The notes beneath the pieces are model-generated. The model saw nothing but the letters and a program-made list of their open reading frames with translations, made no database searches and had not been told where the DNA came from. 64,000 nt of DNA, from assembly GCA_976551045.1 (NCBI GenBank), contig CDPCPM010000180.1, forward strand, positions 8,618,001 to 8,682,000, in the 5' to 3' direction. The stretch is from Glaucostegus cemiculus (Eukaryota). A program made the translations under genes and the position numbers. This document shows, piece after piece, positions 1 through 11,480 of the stretch. The stretch's first letter is position 1. Each line of letters begins with the position of its first letter.

Positions 1-61
1 ACAATCTTTAAGGGGCTTCCTTACCTGCCCCTGCCCCTCCCTCTCCTATGGCAGAAGAACC

Positions 62-318
62 CTAAACTGTAGTTCTTCCCCACCGAGCCCTTGCATTGGC
101 TGCACCCAGCTTCAGTGCATCCCTCAGCATGTACTCCTGCAGCCTGGAATGTGCCAGTTGGCAGCATTCCCCTACGGACATCTCGCAGTGCTGGGAGGCC
201 AACAAATTTTGTGTAGCCCAAAGGGCGTCTTTCACCGAGCTGATGACCTTTCAGCAGCAGTTGATGTCTGTCTCTGTGTGCGTCCCTGGGAACAGCCTGT
301 AGATCAGAGAATCCTCTA
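62..318 (-). mobile_element. Tx1/L1-clade LINE ORF2 C-terminal fragment (degenerate)
   Basis: Minus-strand translation EDSLIYRLFPGTHTETDINCC*KVISSVKDALWATQNLLASQHCEMSVGECCQLAHSRLQEYMLRDALKLGAANARARWGRTTV* resembles the C-terminus of Tx1-type ORF2 proteins; one internal stop. Confidence 0.65.
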
Positions 319-349
319 GTACTCCACATAATCAGGCTTTAAACAACTG

Positions 350-1920
350 CAATAAAACTTCCTGATTCCTGTAGTCAAATCCTCTCGTAATAAAGATTGA
401 CATACAATTTGCCCTTTTAATTGCTTGCTTATCTATATGCTAGCCTTCAGTGACTTGTGTACAAGCATACCTCAGTCCCTTTGAACATCAACACTACCCA
501 GTCTCACACCATTTAACAAATATTCTGCTCTTCAGTAAGGTAAAACCTAAGTGGATGACCTCACATTGTTCTACATTATATTTCATTGGTCATGTTCTCA
601 CCATTTACTTACCTTGTCTGTATCTTCTTGAAGCCTCTTTAGATCCTCCTCCTTCTTTGCAGTAAATTAGTACTGTCAGCAAATTTGAAATAGGGCATTT
701 AGGCTCTTCAGCCAAATCATTGATGTGGATTGAGACTATCTGACCCGAGCAGCAATCCCTGTGGAAACACACAAATCACAGCCTGCCAATCGGAGAACAA
801 TCTGTTTGCTTTTTATCTAATAACCAGTTCTCAATTCATGTCAGTATATCATCCCCAGTTCTGTGCGTTCTAATCTAGATGACCAACTTCCCATGCAGGA
901 CCTCATCAAACACCTTCCACAAACCCAAATACCTCACTTTCCCTGGTTTTCCCTTGCGCGTTCTACTAGTCACATCTTCAGAGAACTTGTGATTTGTCAA
1001 GCATGATTTTCCTTTCATAAATTCACACTGGCTCTGTTCAGTCCTGTTATTTTTTTCAAGATGTGTTATTACATCCTTCATTATAGATTCCAGTATTTTC
1101 CTACCATGCTAACAGATTAGTAGTTCTCTGTTTTCTCTCTCTCTCCCCCCCCCCCCTTTCTTAAGTAGTGGGGTTTATTTGCTACTGTCCAATCCACAGA
1201 ATCAATTCCAGAATCGATAGAAATTTGGAAAATGATAACCAGACCATCCACAATCCTGGAAAGAGTGGACATAGAATGTTTCCATTAGTATGAGAGCCTA
1301 GGATCCCAGGGCACAGCCTCAGAATAAAGGAACGTCTCTTTAAAACTGTGATGTGGAGGAATTTCTTCAGCCCGAGGGTGGTGAATCTTTGGAATTTGTT
1401 GCTACAAAAAGCTGTGGAGGCCAAGTCATTGGGTGTATTTAAGGCAGAGATTGATAGTTTCTTGATTGGTAAGGGAGTTAAGGGTCATGGGAGAAGGCAG
1501 GAGAATAGGATTGAAAAAAATCAGCCATGATTGAATGGCGGAACAGACTTGATAGGCTAAATAGCCTAATTCTGCTCCGATATCTTATGGTCTTATAGTC
1601 TTATCTCTAAAGTCATCTCTTTCAAAACCTTGGAATGTAAAGTGTTGGGTCTTTGGGACTTATCAGCTTTCAAGCTCACTAGCTTCTCGAGTATTACTTT
1701 TTGACTAAAAGTTGTTACCTCATTTCCTCGTTCTCACTATATTCTTGATTCTTTAATTTTCCTTGAAGACAGACACAATCTATTTGCTTAATTCCTCTGC
1801 CATTTCTTTACTTCCAATTATAAATTCTCCTGTTTCTGTCTTTTCGGGGCTCACACTTTGCCCTTGCTTGTCTTTTCCTTTTTCACATGCCTATAAAACC
1901 TCTCACAGTCCTGATAAACC
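350..1920 (-). mobile_element. Decayed CR1 LINE RT fragment, interrupted by a plus-strand CR1 3' end
   Basis: ORF 875-1081 reads FMKGKSCLTN...VRYLGLWKVFDEVLHGKL, matching the CR1 RT motif GF.KG.SCLTNL...VYLDF.KAFDKVPH. Confidence 0.7.
1255..1605 (+). mobile_element. CR1 LINE 3' end (5'-truncated)
   Basis: Encodes RNFFSPRVVNLWNLL...FKAEIDSFL; typical 3' UTR (gatcagccatgattgaatggcgg-like) and short tcttatg/tcttata tail repeats. Confidence 0.85.
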
Positions 1921-3334
1921 CACTTTTCTGTGGTCTGTTTCAACTGTTCTCATTGGTTTGAATCCTACAGACTAAGTATTACAATCCTGTTGTGTAGTTT
2001 TTCATTCTTTCTTGGGGTGTGGATGTCAGCATCCTTTTTTACACTTGAGAAATTGATAGGGAAGGTACTTCAGAAGTTCTCTTGGGTAGGTAGTTCCCAG
2101 GACTTAAATCTAGTGACAATGAAGGAATGATGGTATGTTTCCAACACAAGATGGTGCATTATTTGTGGAGAGACACACTGGTGATCATGTCACCATGTGC
2201 CAGCTTCCAATGACCTTCTTGTTTGTGGAGGTCATGTGATTGAGAGATGCCATCAGAGAAGTCTTGGTGAATAGCTGTGGTGTCTCCTGTCAATTCAAAA
2301 CATTGCATTTTTTGGAGGAAAGAATTAATATAATCTTGTTGCACTGAGGAAGGCAGAGAGAGTTTTTTTTTAAAGTTCCATTAGTCTCATTTTTAAATCC
2401 AAAACAAAACAGTCTGCTTAAGAGCTCTGAAGATTAAGTAAAGAAAGTAAAAACTAATTTCCAGCATTTCTTTCAAAATTGGAAGTGGGAACTGGAACAA
2501 TTAATGGAACAATTAACGTAAGGCTGCTACTCTGACCCTGAAACAAATATTTTGCAATGTAGTTACAAAAGGGATATTGCAGCAAATCTTTTCCAGTTTG
2601 CTAATTTGGGAGCTGATGCACTGCCTTAAATGCTTTTGGCAAATGTGACTGACAATTGGATTAAAACAATTGGTCCCATTTAGCACTGAATTCAGTGCTC
2701 CCTATCTATATGTTAATTGTCTTAATTGAATTGAATATTCATCTGCTTTGCTCATTTTCACTAGATGTGCTTGAAATACTTCAATGCTCCATTTTATCTC
2801 CAAGGTGTATTAGAAGAGGCATTCATGCAAATCAAACACATTTCTGAAGCCGGGTGGTCATTTTTTGGCAAAGGAGTAAAGTACAGGCTGATCCCACTCT
2901 CTCCTTCTGACTACCTCAAGTCTTCCCTATCCTGATAATCGCTGTTCAGAAGACTTGGTCACTTACAGCTGGATAACCAAATACGAAAGTAACTATCGTC
3001 TTAGAAAATATCCATAGCATCTCCTTTATCATAGCAAAATATCCTAAGGGATATCCTAGAAGCTTATCAAACTAAATGTAACATTGGACCACATTAGAGG
3101 ACAAGTTAAGATTGCAAAAGTGAAGTGGAAAAACTGAGAGGTTTGGGGAGAATTCCAGAGTTTGGGTTCCAGAGTTTTTGCTTCTCCTGCTTTGATGACT
3201 TGCAGTAATATTGAGCTGCGGGCTGGAGTCAGCAGTGACCTGATCCGGACCTGCTGATGTTAAGTGACTGCACATAACTGCCCTTGACTCCAACTCTTTC
3301 TGGTTGTGGTCTGCTTGGCAGCAAGAGCCTTTGA

Positions 3335-3690
3335 AAAGGAGAGAGACAGAAGGGGAGTGAAAATAAAGGATTGGGAAGTGGGGAAGGGAGTGTGAAAGAA
3401 AAGAGAGAGAGAGTAGGTGATGGAGAAAAAAGAGGAGGGGAGAGAAAGGAGAGAGGATGAGAGAGGGAGAGTGGGAACAAGACTGAGGAGGAAAAGCGAG
3501 AGCGAGGCAGGGGAGAGAGGAAATAAAAGGGAGAGAAAAAGGAATGAACGAGAGGCAAGGGAAAGAAAGTCAGTGGAGGTGAGAGGGAAGGGAGGAGGAG
3601 AGAAGAATGGAAGGAGGAATAAGAAAGAGAAAAGAGAGGGGGGTTGAAGGAGGAGGAGAGAGAGAGGGAGAGGATTCAGAGAGAAAGAGA
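3335..3690 (+). repeat. Purine-rich (GA) low-complexity tract
   Basis: About 350 bp almost entirely G/A on the plus strand; it produces spurious E/R/G-rich and S/L/P/F-rich ORFs. Confidence 0.9.
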
Positions 3691-5374
3691 CGTTTTGATC
3701 AAAAGGATTTAGTAGGTCTCCCACTGAAGTGACTATCCAACCAGATTTCTTTGAACAATTAATATACTTTTCCTTAATTTTCTTATTTAAAATATTCTTG
3801 GAAGTCATTTGGATAAGTAGAAATGAGAGGTATCACGCAATATTTCCTTCTACTGTTTTACTGTCAGATCCAAAACATTTTGTAAAAGCGATGTTTGTGG
3901 TGCAGCCCAGTTAACACACTGTCAGCGGCAACTCTGATCCTCTACATGAAAGAAATTGAAAACCATTAGCTTAGTACCACCATATAGGAAGGCACAGCCA
4001 CTAATGCTGGGCATGGTAAAGACACCGACCGGAATTACCTTTTCAACACTGACCTTTGATTGACATTTAATACCTTGAGCAAGAGGCCCTTTATTAAAAC
4101 ACAACTGTAGCATAGAGGGTGTGTGACTATTGTCTAAAGGCATGTGATTACAGGCTAAGTACTTGGAATCTGGCTTCCTCAGTGTAAGAAAATTTCTTAA
4201 TTTGATCCTTTGTGGAAAATAACATATTAGTGGTTTGCAATTACTAAACATATAATTGATTTTATTTTAACAGGTCTGTGATTGTTGCCTGGAGCGTGCC
4301 TTTATATGCTTTTTAATTAATAAAGGTATCAACCTTTAACTTAAAGTCTACAAAAAGCCCTGTTTAGTGGGCAATTACTGCTACATCACGGAGGGCTGCA
4401 CACATGCACTAATTTATCTGTTGTAGCTAGTATTTGTTGGGAACAATCTTAGCTATTTTAAGACTGTATCACGTTAAGGATTGTACCTTATGCAGTTACT
4501 TTCTGGATTGCTGCAACAATTGTATGTGTGGAACCTGCCAAAAGATATCTGGCTCTCTGAGGAATGTCATAGTAAGAATGCTCTCTGTCACTGTGGGTTT
4601 TTATTTAATTTAATAGAGTACCTTAGTTGTATTTGAATTTCTGACTATTTCCCACTACCTTACAGAGAGTAAGAATCTTATGCTGATCTTGTTATTTTCA
4701 GATGAGATAGCTTACCATCTTACCATGCAGAAAACCAGTTGATTTACCATTCACATCATGGATCTAATTAGAAAAGGGCTACATTGTTATGGCTAAAAAA
4801 AATAGTGATCCCTGGCTAATTCTCCCGTCAGTTATGCCAATTGACTACATTGCTGTAAGCAGATTATACACACTACTTGGATGTAACTATCCTCCACTCA
4901 CTGCATTTTTCTCAGTGGCAATTACCCTGCTTTCATTTGGAGATTGTTATAGCATTAGCTGCATGTTCTTTTTCCTTTTTTTTAAAGAAGATTCAGCCTT
5001 TATGAGTCTTGTGACAGTTTTCTGCGCAAACAGCTGTCTGCTGTGAGCCGTTTTACTGAGACAGTGTTGTCAATGGAATTTCTGAATGCCAATCTATAAT
5101 AGATAGCACAGTATGATAAGTGATGGCGGTGCTCTGATTCACATGATAATGCATGTTTGCTGTAAATTTTTTCTCTGTCTATCAGATGAATAAACAGTGA
5201 GTATTTTGGATCAATGGTGTGTGCTTTATTTCTTTGGTCACTGCTTATTGGTTACTTGGAACATGGTTAAAAATGCTTGACTTCAGCGCCATGGACATAG
5301 TTTGGAAAGGAGTGGCCATTGCAGTCAGCACGGCCAATTGAAACATCAGCTCCAGACAAATAGGCACCTTAAAT

Positions 5375-5628
5375 ACTTTAAATACTTAATTTATAATGCA
5401 TGGTAACAGGCCCTTCTGGCCCAACGAGTCCACGCTGTCCAATTACATCCGTGTTAACCTACAAACCCCATAAGTCTTTGGAATGTGGGATAAAACCGGA
5501 GCACCCGGAGGTAACCCATGCAGTCATGAGGAGAATGTATAAACTCCTTACAGATAGTGGTGGGAATTGAACCCCAATTGCTGGCGCTGTAATTGTGTTA
5601 TGCTAACCGCTACGCTACCATGCCACCT
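5375..5628 (-). mobile_element. tRNA-derived V-SINE (HE1-like), CR1-type tail
   Basis: Minus strand shows an A-box-like TAGCGTAGCGG, a B-box-like GGTTCAATTCC, the V-domain (gggttacctccgggtgctccggttttatcccacattccaaagac) and a tail gactcgttgggccagaagggcctgttacc. Confidence 0.85.
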
Positions 5629-6174
5629 GATAAAAATCAAGCAGAATCAACAGGGTACATTACAGTAATGGAAAGGGAGCATCCAGTTTTGTTTTAAGAC
5701 ATGAATGGGATAGAAATGGATTTGAATGGAGGGAGACAAGTGGTGTGGGGGAATGAGAGTTTCCAAATTGAGAATATGTGGGATCTGGAGGGAGAGAGGT
5801 ATATGTAGTCTTTTCCAATTAGCTCCATGGTGTGAATGGTGAACTAACTTGGATGGTTAGCTATCTAATGGGAAGAGGTCAGTGCACAGGGTCTGGATGG
5901 AGAGGGCAGAAGGGTCAGGCTGGACAATAACCAATGGGTGAGAAACAAAGGACCAATGGGTGCATGGTGTCTGGATGGAGAGCCATGGGTGGTCTGATAT
6001 ATTCTGTGGTGCAGGTTAAGACTTGTAGGAATCACTCTAATGAAGTCAAAGAACCTGGAAAGTTCACTGGAAAGTGCAGTATCAGATGTCAGATCAATTC
6101 ACACCAGGTGTAAGAAAAAGATTGCGGAATTTTGTACATAAGTTTTTATGCAAATATTACATCAATGCATATGT

Positions 6175-6308
6175 ATCCTGATGAAGGGTCGCGACTTGAA
6201 ACATTGATTATCCATTTCCCTCCACAGATGCTACCAGACCTACTGAGTTCCTCCAGCATCTTGTTTTTTTGCTCCAGATTCCAGCATCTGCAGTTTCTTG
6301 TATCTCCC
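6175..6308 (+). mobile_element. Penelope-derived terminal repeat with hammerhead-like core
   Basis: CTGATGA-AGGGTC-GC-GACTT-GAAAC followed by cacagatgctaccagacctactgagttcctccagcatc; the same repeat recurs at 62418-62635 and precedes the Penelope ORF remnant at 63588. Confidence 0.65.
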
Positions 6309-9300
6309 ATGCACAACTATCCTTTATCGTTAAAGGAAAACTTGTATTTACATTGGACCTTTTGCAGGTGTGAAGCAACTTACAGCCAATGAAGTATTTT
6401 GGAGTTTCATTCTTGTTAAACAGGAAACACAGGGTTGCAATTGGGATCTGGGAAAATAGCTGATTTCCCATTCCTTAAGTTAAAACAACAGCACTACAGT
6501 CATATTTAATGTAAGAAAGGTTATAAGGCATGAGTAAAAACATTAAGCTCTCAATTAATTTGAAGAAATTTCTCAAATAACTTCAGAGACATATTTGATT
6601 TAGAATGAGAGTACAACAAACACTGTGAGTATGCTATGATGAAAGATTCCCCTCTCTACTGGCTGCCAGGGACCTATATGAAGTGATTTTGGGCAAATCT
6701 CAACCCAGTTGACATATCGCATGATTCTGTCCATAATATGGCACTAATTGGTACCAAGCTGTCATACCTTGTCAGCAAGGCCACAGAGATGACTGGCTAT
6801 AAGAAATAAAAAATTCATATTGGTGCAGTTTGGGCTGCTGCTAGGTTTGAATGAAGACACATGACTGGGGCAGAGGAAAGGCAGAGAGGTGTTCTTTGCA
6901 TCTGGCTGTAATCTTCATGACCTTACAGAATGTGCGACTGACAATCATAGCCAAGGTGCTAAGGAGTTCCATTCTACAGTGCTGACATCTTTTACACTGA
7001 TGAGCACACACAAAAAACACCACTGTGTCATTTATTACAATTTTAACTTCCAGAAGCTGAATCAGACAGGCCAACATTTATGAAAACAGAATAATTCTCA
7101 ATTGAAATGTATTAATGATGTAGAAACAATTCGAAGGAAGTTGCAATTCATATTCTATCAGTTTATGTTTTAGTTCCACATTCTGAAAACCCAGGATACT
7201 TTTCAGACTGGACTGGGAATACCCAGACTGCAACTTCCTCAGGCCCTACGACCTTCCATGTTCATGTGGTTCTCTATTCCAGTCTGTTGTGCATTCCTGA
7301 TTTTCTTCACTTCACCTTTGATAGCTGTGCCTATGTTGGAATAGGCACGGGCTTTGGAATTCTCTTCCTAAAACTTTCTACCTCACCACCTCCCTTTCAT
7401 CCTTTAGGACAGTCCTTAAACCCTCTGTCTTTGAACGCGCATCTGCACTGACCCTGGCTACCTTTGGTCCATGGCCAGTTAAACTGGAAAGGAGCATTCA
7501 GAATAGCACTGAGGACCATGAGACCATGCATCAGGAGGACACAGAAGCCCTGTGTAAGCAGCAGAAGGAGCACACCACCTTATAAACTACTCACCTGTGT
7601 GTCCTGTCAGCCACCTCCTGCCCCATCTACTGAAAGGTCCGCTGTTCCTGTCAGTTACCTCAGAATGCACAAAACTGGAATGGAAGCTCGATTGCAAGGA
7701 ACTGCTGAAGAAGAGGAAGAAGACAAAGAAGAAGTAGATCACTTGCACTCAGTGTGTTCCATAAACATCAGTCATAGAATAACAGAACATTTGCAACACA
7801 CAAGGTGGCTATTCAGCCCATCTTGTCTGTGCTAGTTGAAAAACTTCTACCTAAATTAATCCCACCTTCCAGCACTTGGTCCCTTGCCCTGTGGCTCTTC
7901 GTGCATATCTAAGTACCTGATGAACTGTAGTGAGAATTTCTATCTCTACCACTCAGGGCAGTGAGTTCCAAGACAAATTCTACCAAAGAGATAATCAGGT
8001 TTCTTTTGGAATTGTTGACTAAGGGATAAGATTTTAGCAAGGATACCAGATGGTTTCTGAATCCCATGCCTTTTCCAGCACAGGCACAGCTGCCAGAGTG
8101 ATGTAATGAGACTCAGGAACGTGCAACAGACAAGACAAGATAAGACAAGATATCTTTATTAGTCACATGTACATCGAAACACACAATGAAATGCATCTTA
8201 TGTGTAGCGTGTTCTGGGGTTCTACAGTCAGGGGAAGGCAGCTGAGAATTTGGGAAATGGAAAAGTGTTTTTACGTGGATCTGTGTTTCCACAACAACAG
8301 AACCAGTACATTTTTTAGGAGTAGAGAGTTGTTTGTTTTCTTGGACCAACCTCCATTGATCACAGAGTTGTACCACGATATTTGAAGCTTGTTTAACGTT
8401 GACCCGTATACATTTTCAACTGCATCACTGAGGAGTGCATCAGAGCTGAAACAATTGGAATTAGATTTGTGATATCGTTGGTGTGTACTGAGGAAGTAAT
8501 GTAGGCACTGGGCACAAGACAAGTTCTCAGTCATTATAAAAGCAAAGAAAAGATGGGAGAGCACTCTACGTCAAGGAAATAACAAAGACACTGGCAATGT
8601 CGAACAGTATTTCCTTTGTTCTCTGAAACAGCAGCAGCAAATTGAAATTATTCATTTATATCTATGCCTTTCTTACTACAATAATAACAGATCTGCTCTT
8701 ACAATGTGCTTAATTCGAGGAAGTTCAGTGACAGTGGGTTGGACTTGCATTTCTATTGAGTCTTTTATGCGCTGAGTGTGGCTAAAATTTCTGTGGCCAA
8801 TTGTGTTGTCAGGAATCTATCTGAAACTGTCCATTTCTTATTGAAAACCTATCGGCTGTTCATTATATCATCTTTGGTTTCTCCTGTATATTTGATTCTG
8901 TTACCCAACATTTAAATCTTCTCATTAATTTAGATTGACTTACTGACTGCATCAACATAATGAATGACAGGTCACTATTTACCCTCCTTTTCTCTATCTT
9001 TTAGTCTTCATGATTATAATGTGTCCTTCTTATGATAGAACATGGTACAGCGGGGTAGAAATTCATCACTGATTGCTTGTGTTAAATGTTTGCTGCAGCA
9101 GCTGTTATTATTGTATATAGTTTTTTTTTCATGAATAAAGTTTATTTTGTTAAAAAAAAGCTGTTGTATTCAGCTTCCCAAATTTGGCACTGTTGATTTC
9201 AAATTTTGAAAGCAGAATGCAACTCATAGCTCCTACTATATCACGCATGTGCAGCTAATCAACTAGAACTACGCAGGCAATGAAAAACAGAGCAATTGTT

Positions 9301-9385
9301 CTCTGTTCCTGCAGTTAGTTAAGGATGACAGGTGTCAATGCCAAGGTGCTCATGAGGTGATGAGGTCCATTTGATTGGAAGCTGA

Positions 9386-9557
9386 NNNNNNNNNNNNNNN
9401 NNNNNNNNNNNNNNNNNNNNNNNNNNNNNNNNNNNNNNNNNNNNNNNNNNNNNNNNNNNNNNNNNNNNNNNNNNNNNNNNNNNNNNNNNNNNNNNNNNNN
9501 NNNNNNNNNNNNNNNNNNNNNNNNNNNNNNNNNNNNNNNNNNNNNNNNNNNNNNNNN
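9386..9557. other. Assembly gap (N run)
   Basis: 172 consecutive N. Confidence 0.99.
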
Positions 9558-11319
9558 GGAGATTGAAAAATATGGAGAATGTTGTGAGAGAAAACTTTTG
9601 GGACTATTGATCCAAAGAACCATGTGCAATAGCTGGTGAGCTGCTCTGTTGAATTGCTACATATCGTGTATGAGGAATTGTGACAACTGAATTGGCTGGT
9701 CTATTTTCAGAGGGCAGTTAAGCCAACCACATTACTCTGGATGTGGAGTCAGAATTAGCCCAGATCAGGTTAAAGATATCAGATTTCCTTTCTTACAATC
9801 GCAAGACCAAAGGAGTGATTTTTTGAAAAATTAATCCTGTTGTTTCCTGATCATCATTAATGAGACCAGCATCTTCTTCAAGATTTTATTTAACTATAGA
9901 TTTGAATTTCTCATTTGCCATGAGAACATGGAACTGACTGTCATTTCTGCAGGCTTCTGGATCCACTAGTCTAGTAACATAGCCACTGTGCTCCTGTCTC
10001 CATCTCTGGAATTAGTTCCACACATCTTCAATAAAACTGGAGAAAGTCAGATACAGAAGGCAATACTCCAGATCATGAGAGGTTGTTTTTATTACATTGC
10101 TGTGTTATACAAGTTGATAAATGACTGCATGAGTCATAAAAGTAGTATTTCTACTGCTTATAAAAAGGTGACTGATGACACTGTATTTGAGGAGATCCAG
10201 ATTTATAACTGTGGCATTCTCTGGTGGTTCTTCTCTAGGATGTGTGAGACTGAAGGAATAATGTTCACTCTGCAGGTAACCAGTTTTATCTCACAGTGAA
10301 CAAATGCAAGACTGATTTGTATTCTCATTAAGAAAATCAATTGTGCAAGAGCATGGAATCAAATCTATTTCTTGTGCTGCTCAAGGTGGAGGTAGCTGCT
10401 TCGTCACTTCATTAATTGTATCTGAGATTAAATTGCCTGTGGGAATGCAGCATTTTTGGAAGATAAATAATAATCTAAAGTGGCAGTGTCCATTTCATAT
10501 TATTGATCCAGTTTAAGAGCAGCACATGGACAGGTTTGACAGGTGAAGCTGGAGATTTTTGGAAAGATATTTTGAGTTCGTCAGATCCCAGTGCCATCAT
10601 ATTTGAGTCCGTTGCTTGTGTGTAATGATGGATTTGTACATGGGAGAAGTTTGACTGGGATTAACTTTGATGTTCAAGATTCTCTCCTGACACTATGTTT
10701 CCCCTGCAATGCAATATCCCAGTAAACAAACTGTCACAGTCAGTATTTAGAGTATACTCCAAAAATATGTATGTAACACAGTGAATTAGCAAAAACTGCT
10801 GCAGACCCAGTTAAACTTCTAACTTGACACTAAAAAGTGATATAACCATATCCCACATATAAGCTTATGACAAGCAGTGTTGCATTACTGTTACTAAATA
10901 AGTTAAATTCTGTCTTTATGACATGGGGTTAGAGTTTACACGGATGTATTCCTTAAGCCAATGTATTGCTCTGTTAAAACTGAAATGTAATGATCAAGAA
11001 ATGTAAAGTTATTGACACACTGAGCAGATAGTGGGGCATGTGTCTCAATAAATGAAACTATGACCATCTAATGTTCAATTAGCTTTCAAAAGCAAAATGA
11101 GGTGAAGTAAAGCTTAGATATTTTTAGAATTTGGGAGAGCATGGGGCATGGGTTTTGTTCCCTCAGATGACAGAGGAAGAGGACATTTTGAATTTATTGG
11201 TACATTTTATTGCCTTTGAGGGCAGAAATTTCTCAAAATCAACCATTTGTTTAATTTCTCAGTTGAATCTTTCTATCTTTATCTGCCAAACATCCAGGTG
11301 GTTTGTGGCCAGTCCCAAG

Positions 11320-11480
11320 AAAGACATACATTTTTATAGTGCCTTTTATAGCCTCAAAATGTCCTGAAGTGCTTTACAGCCAAGGAATTACTGCTTAATG
11401 TGCACTCACAGTTGCAATGTAGGTAACACAGCAGTATAGTTTGTGCACAGCAAGCTTTGACAAACAGCAGTGTGGTAAAT
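11320..11480. mobile_element. Ancient DeuSINE/SacSINE-like fragment
   Basis: catttttatagtgcctttt...gtgctttacagccaagga...gttgcaatgtaggtaacacagcag...gcacagcaag; related pieces at ~6335-6450, 22110-22480, 25020-25190 and 46095-46122/50700-50810. Confidence 0.5.

Noticed and set aside
3229-3808. 109-182 aa ORFs across the GA-rich tract
   Set aside because: Low-complexity artefacts.
9315-9629. ORFs spanning the N run
   Set aside because: Artefacts of the assembly gap.
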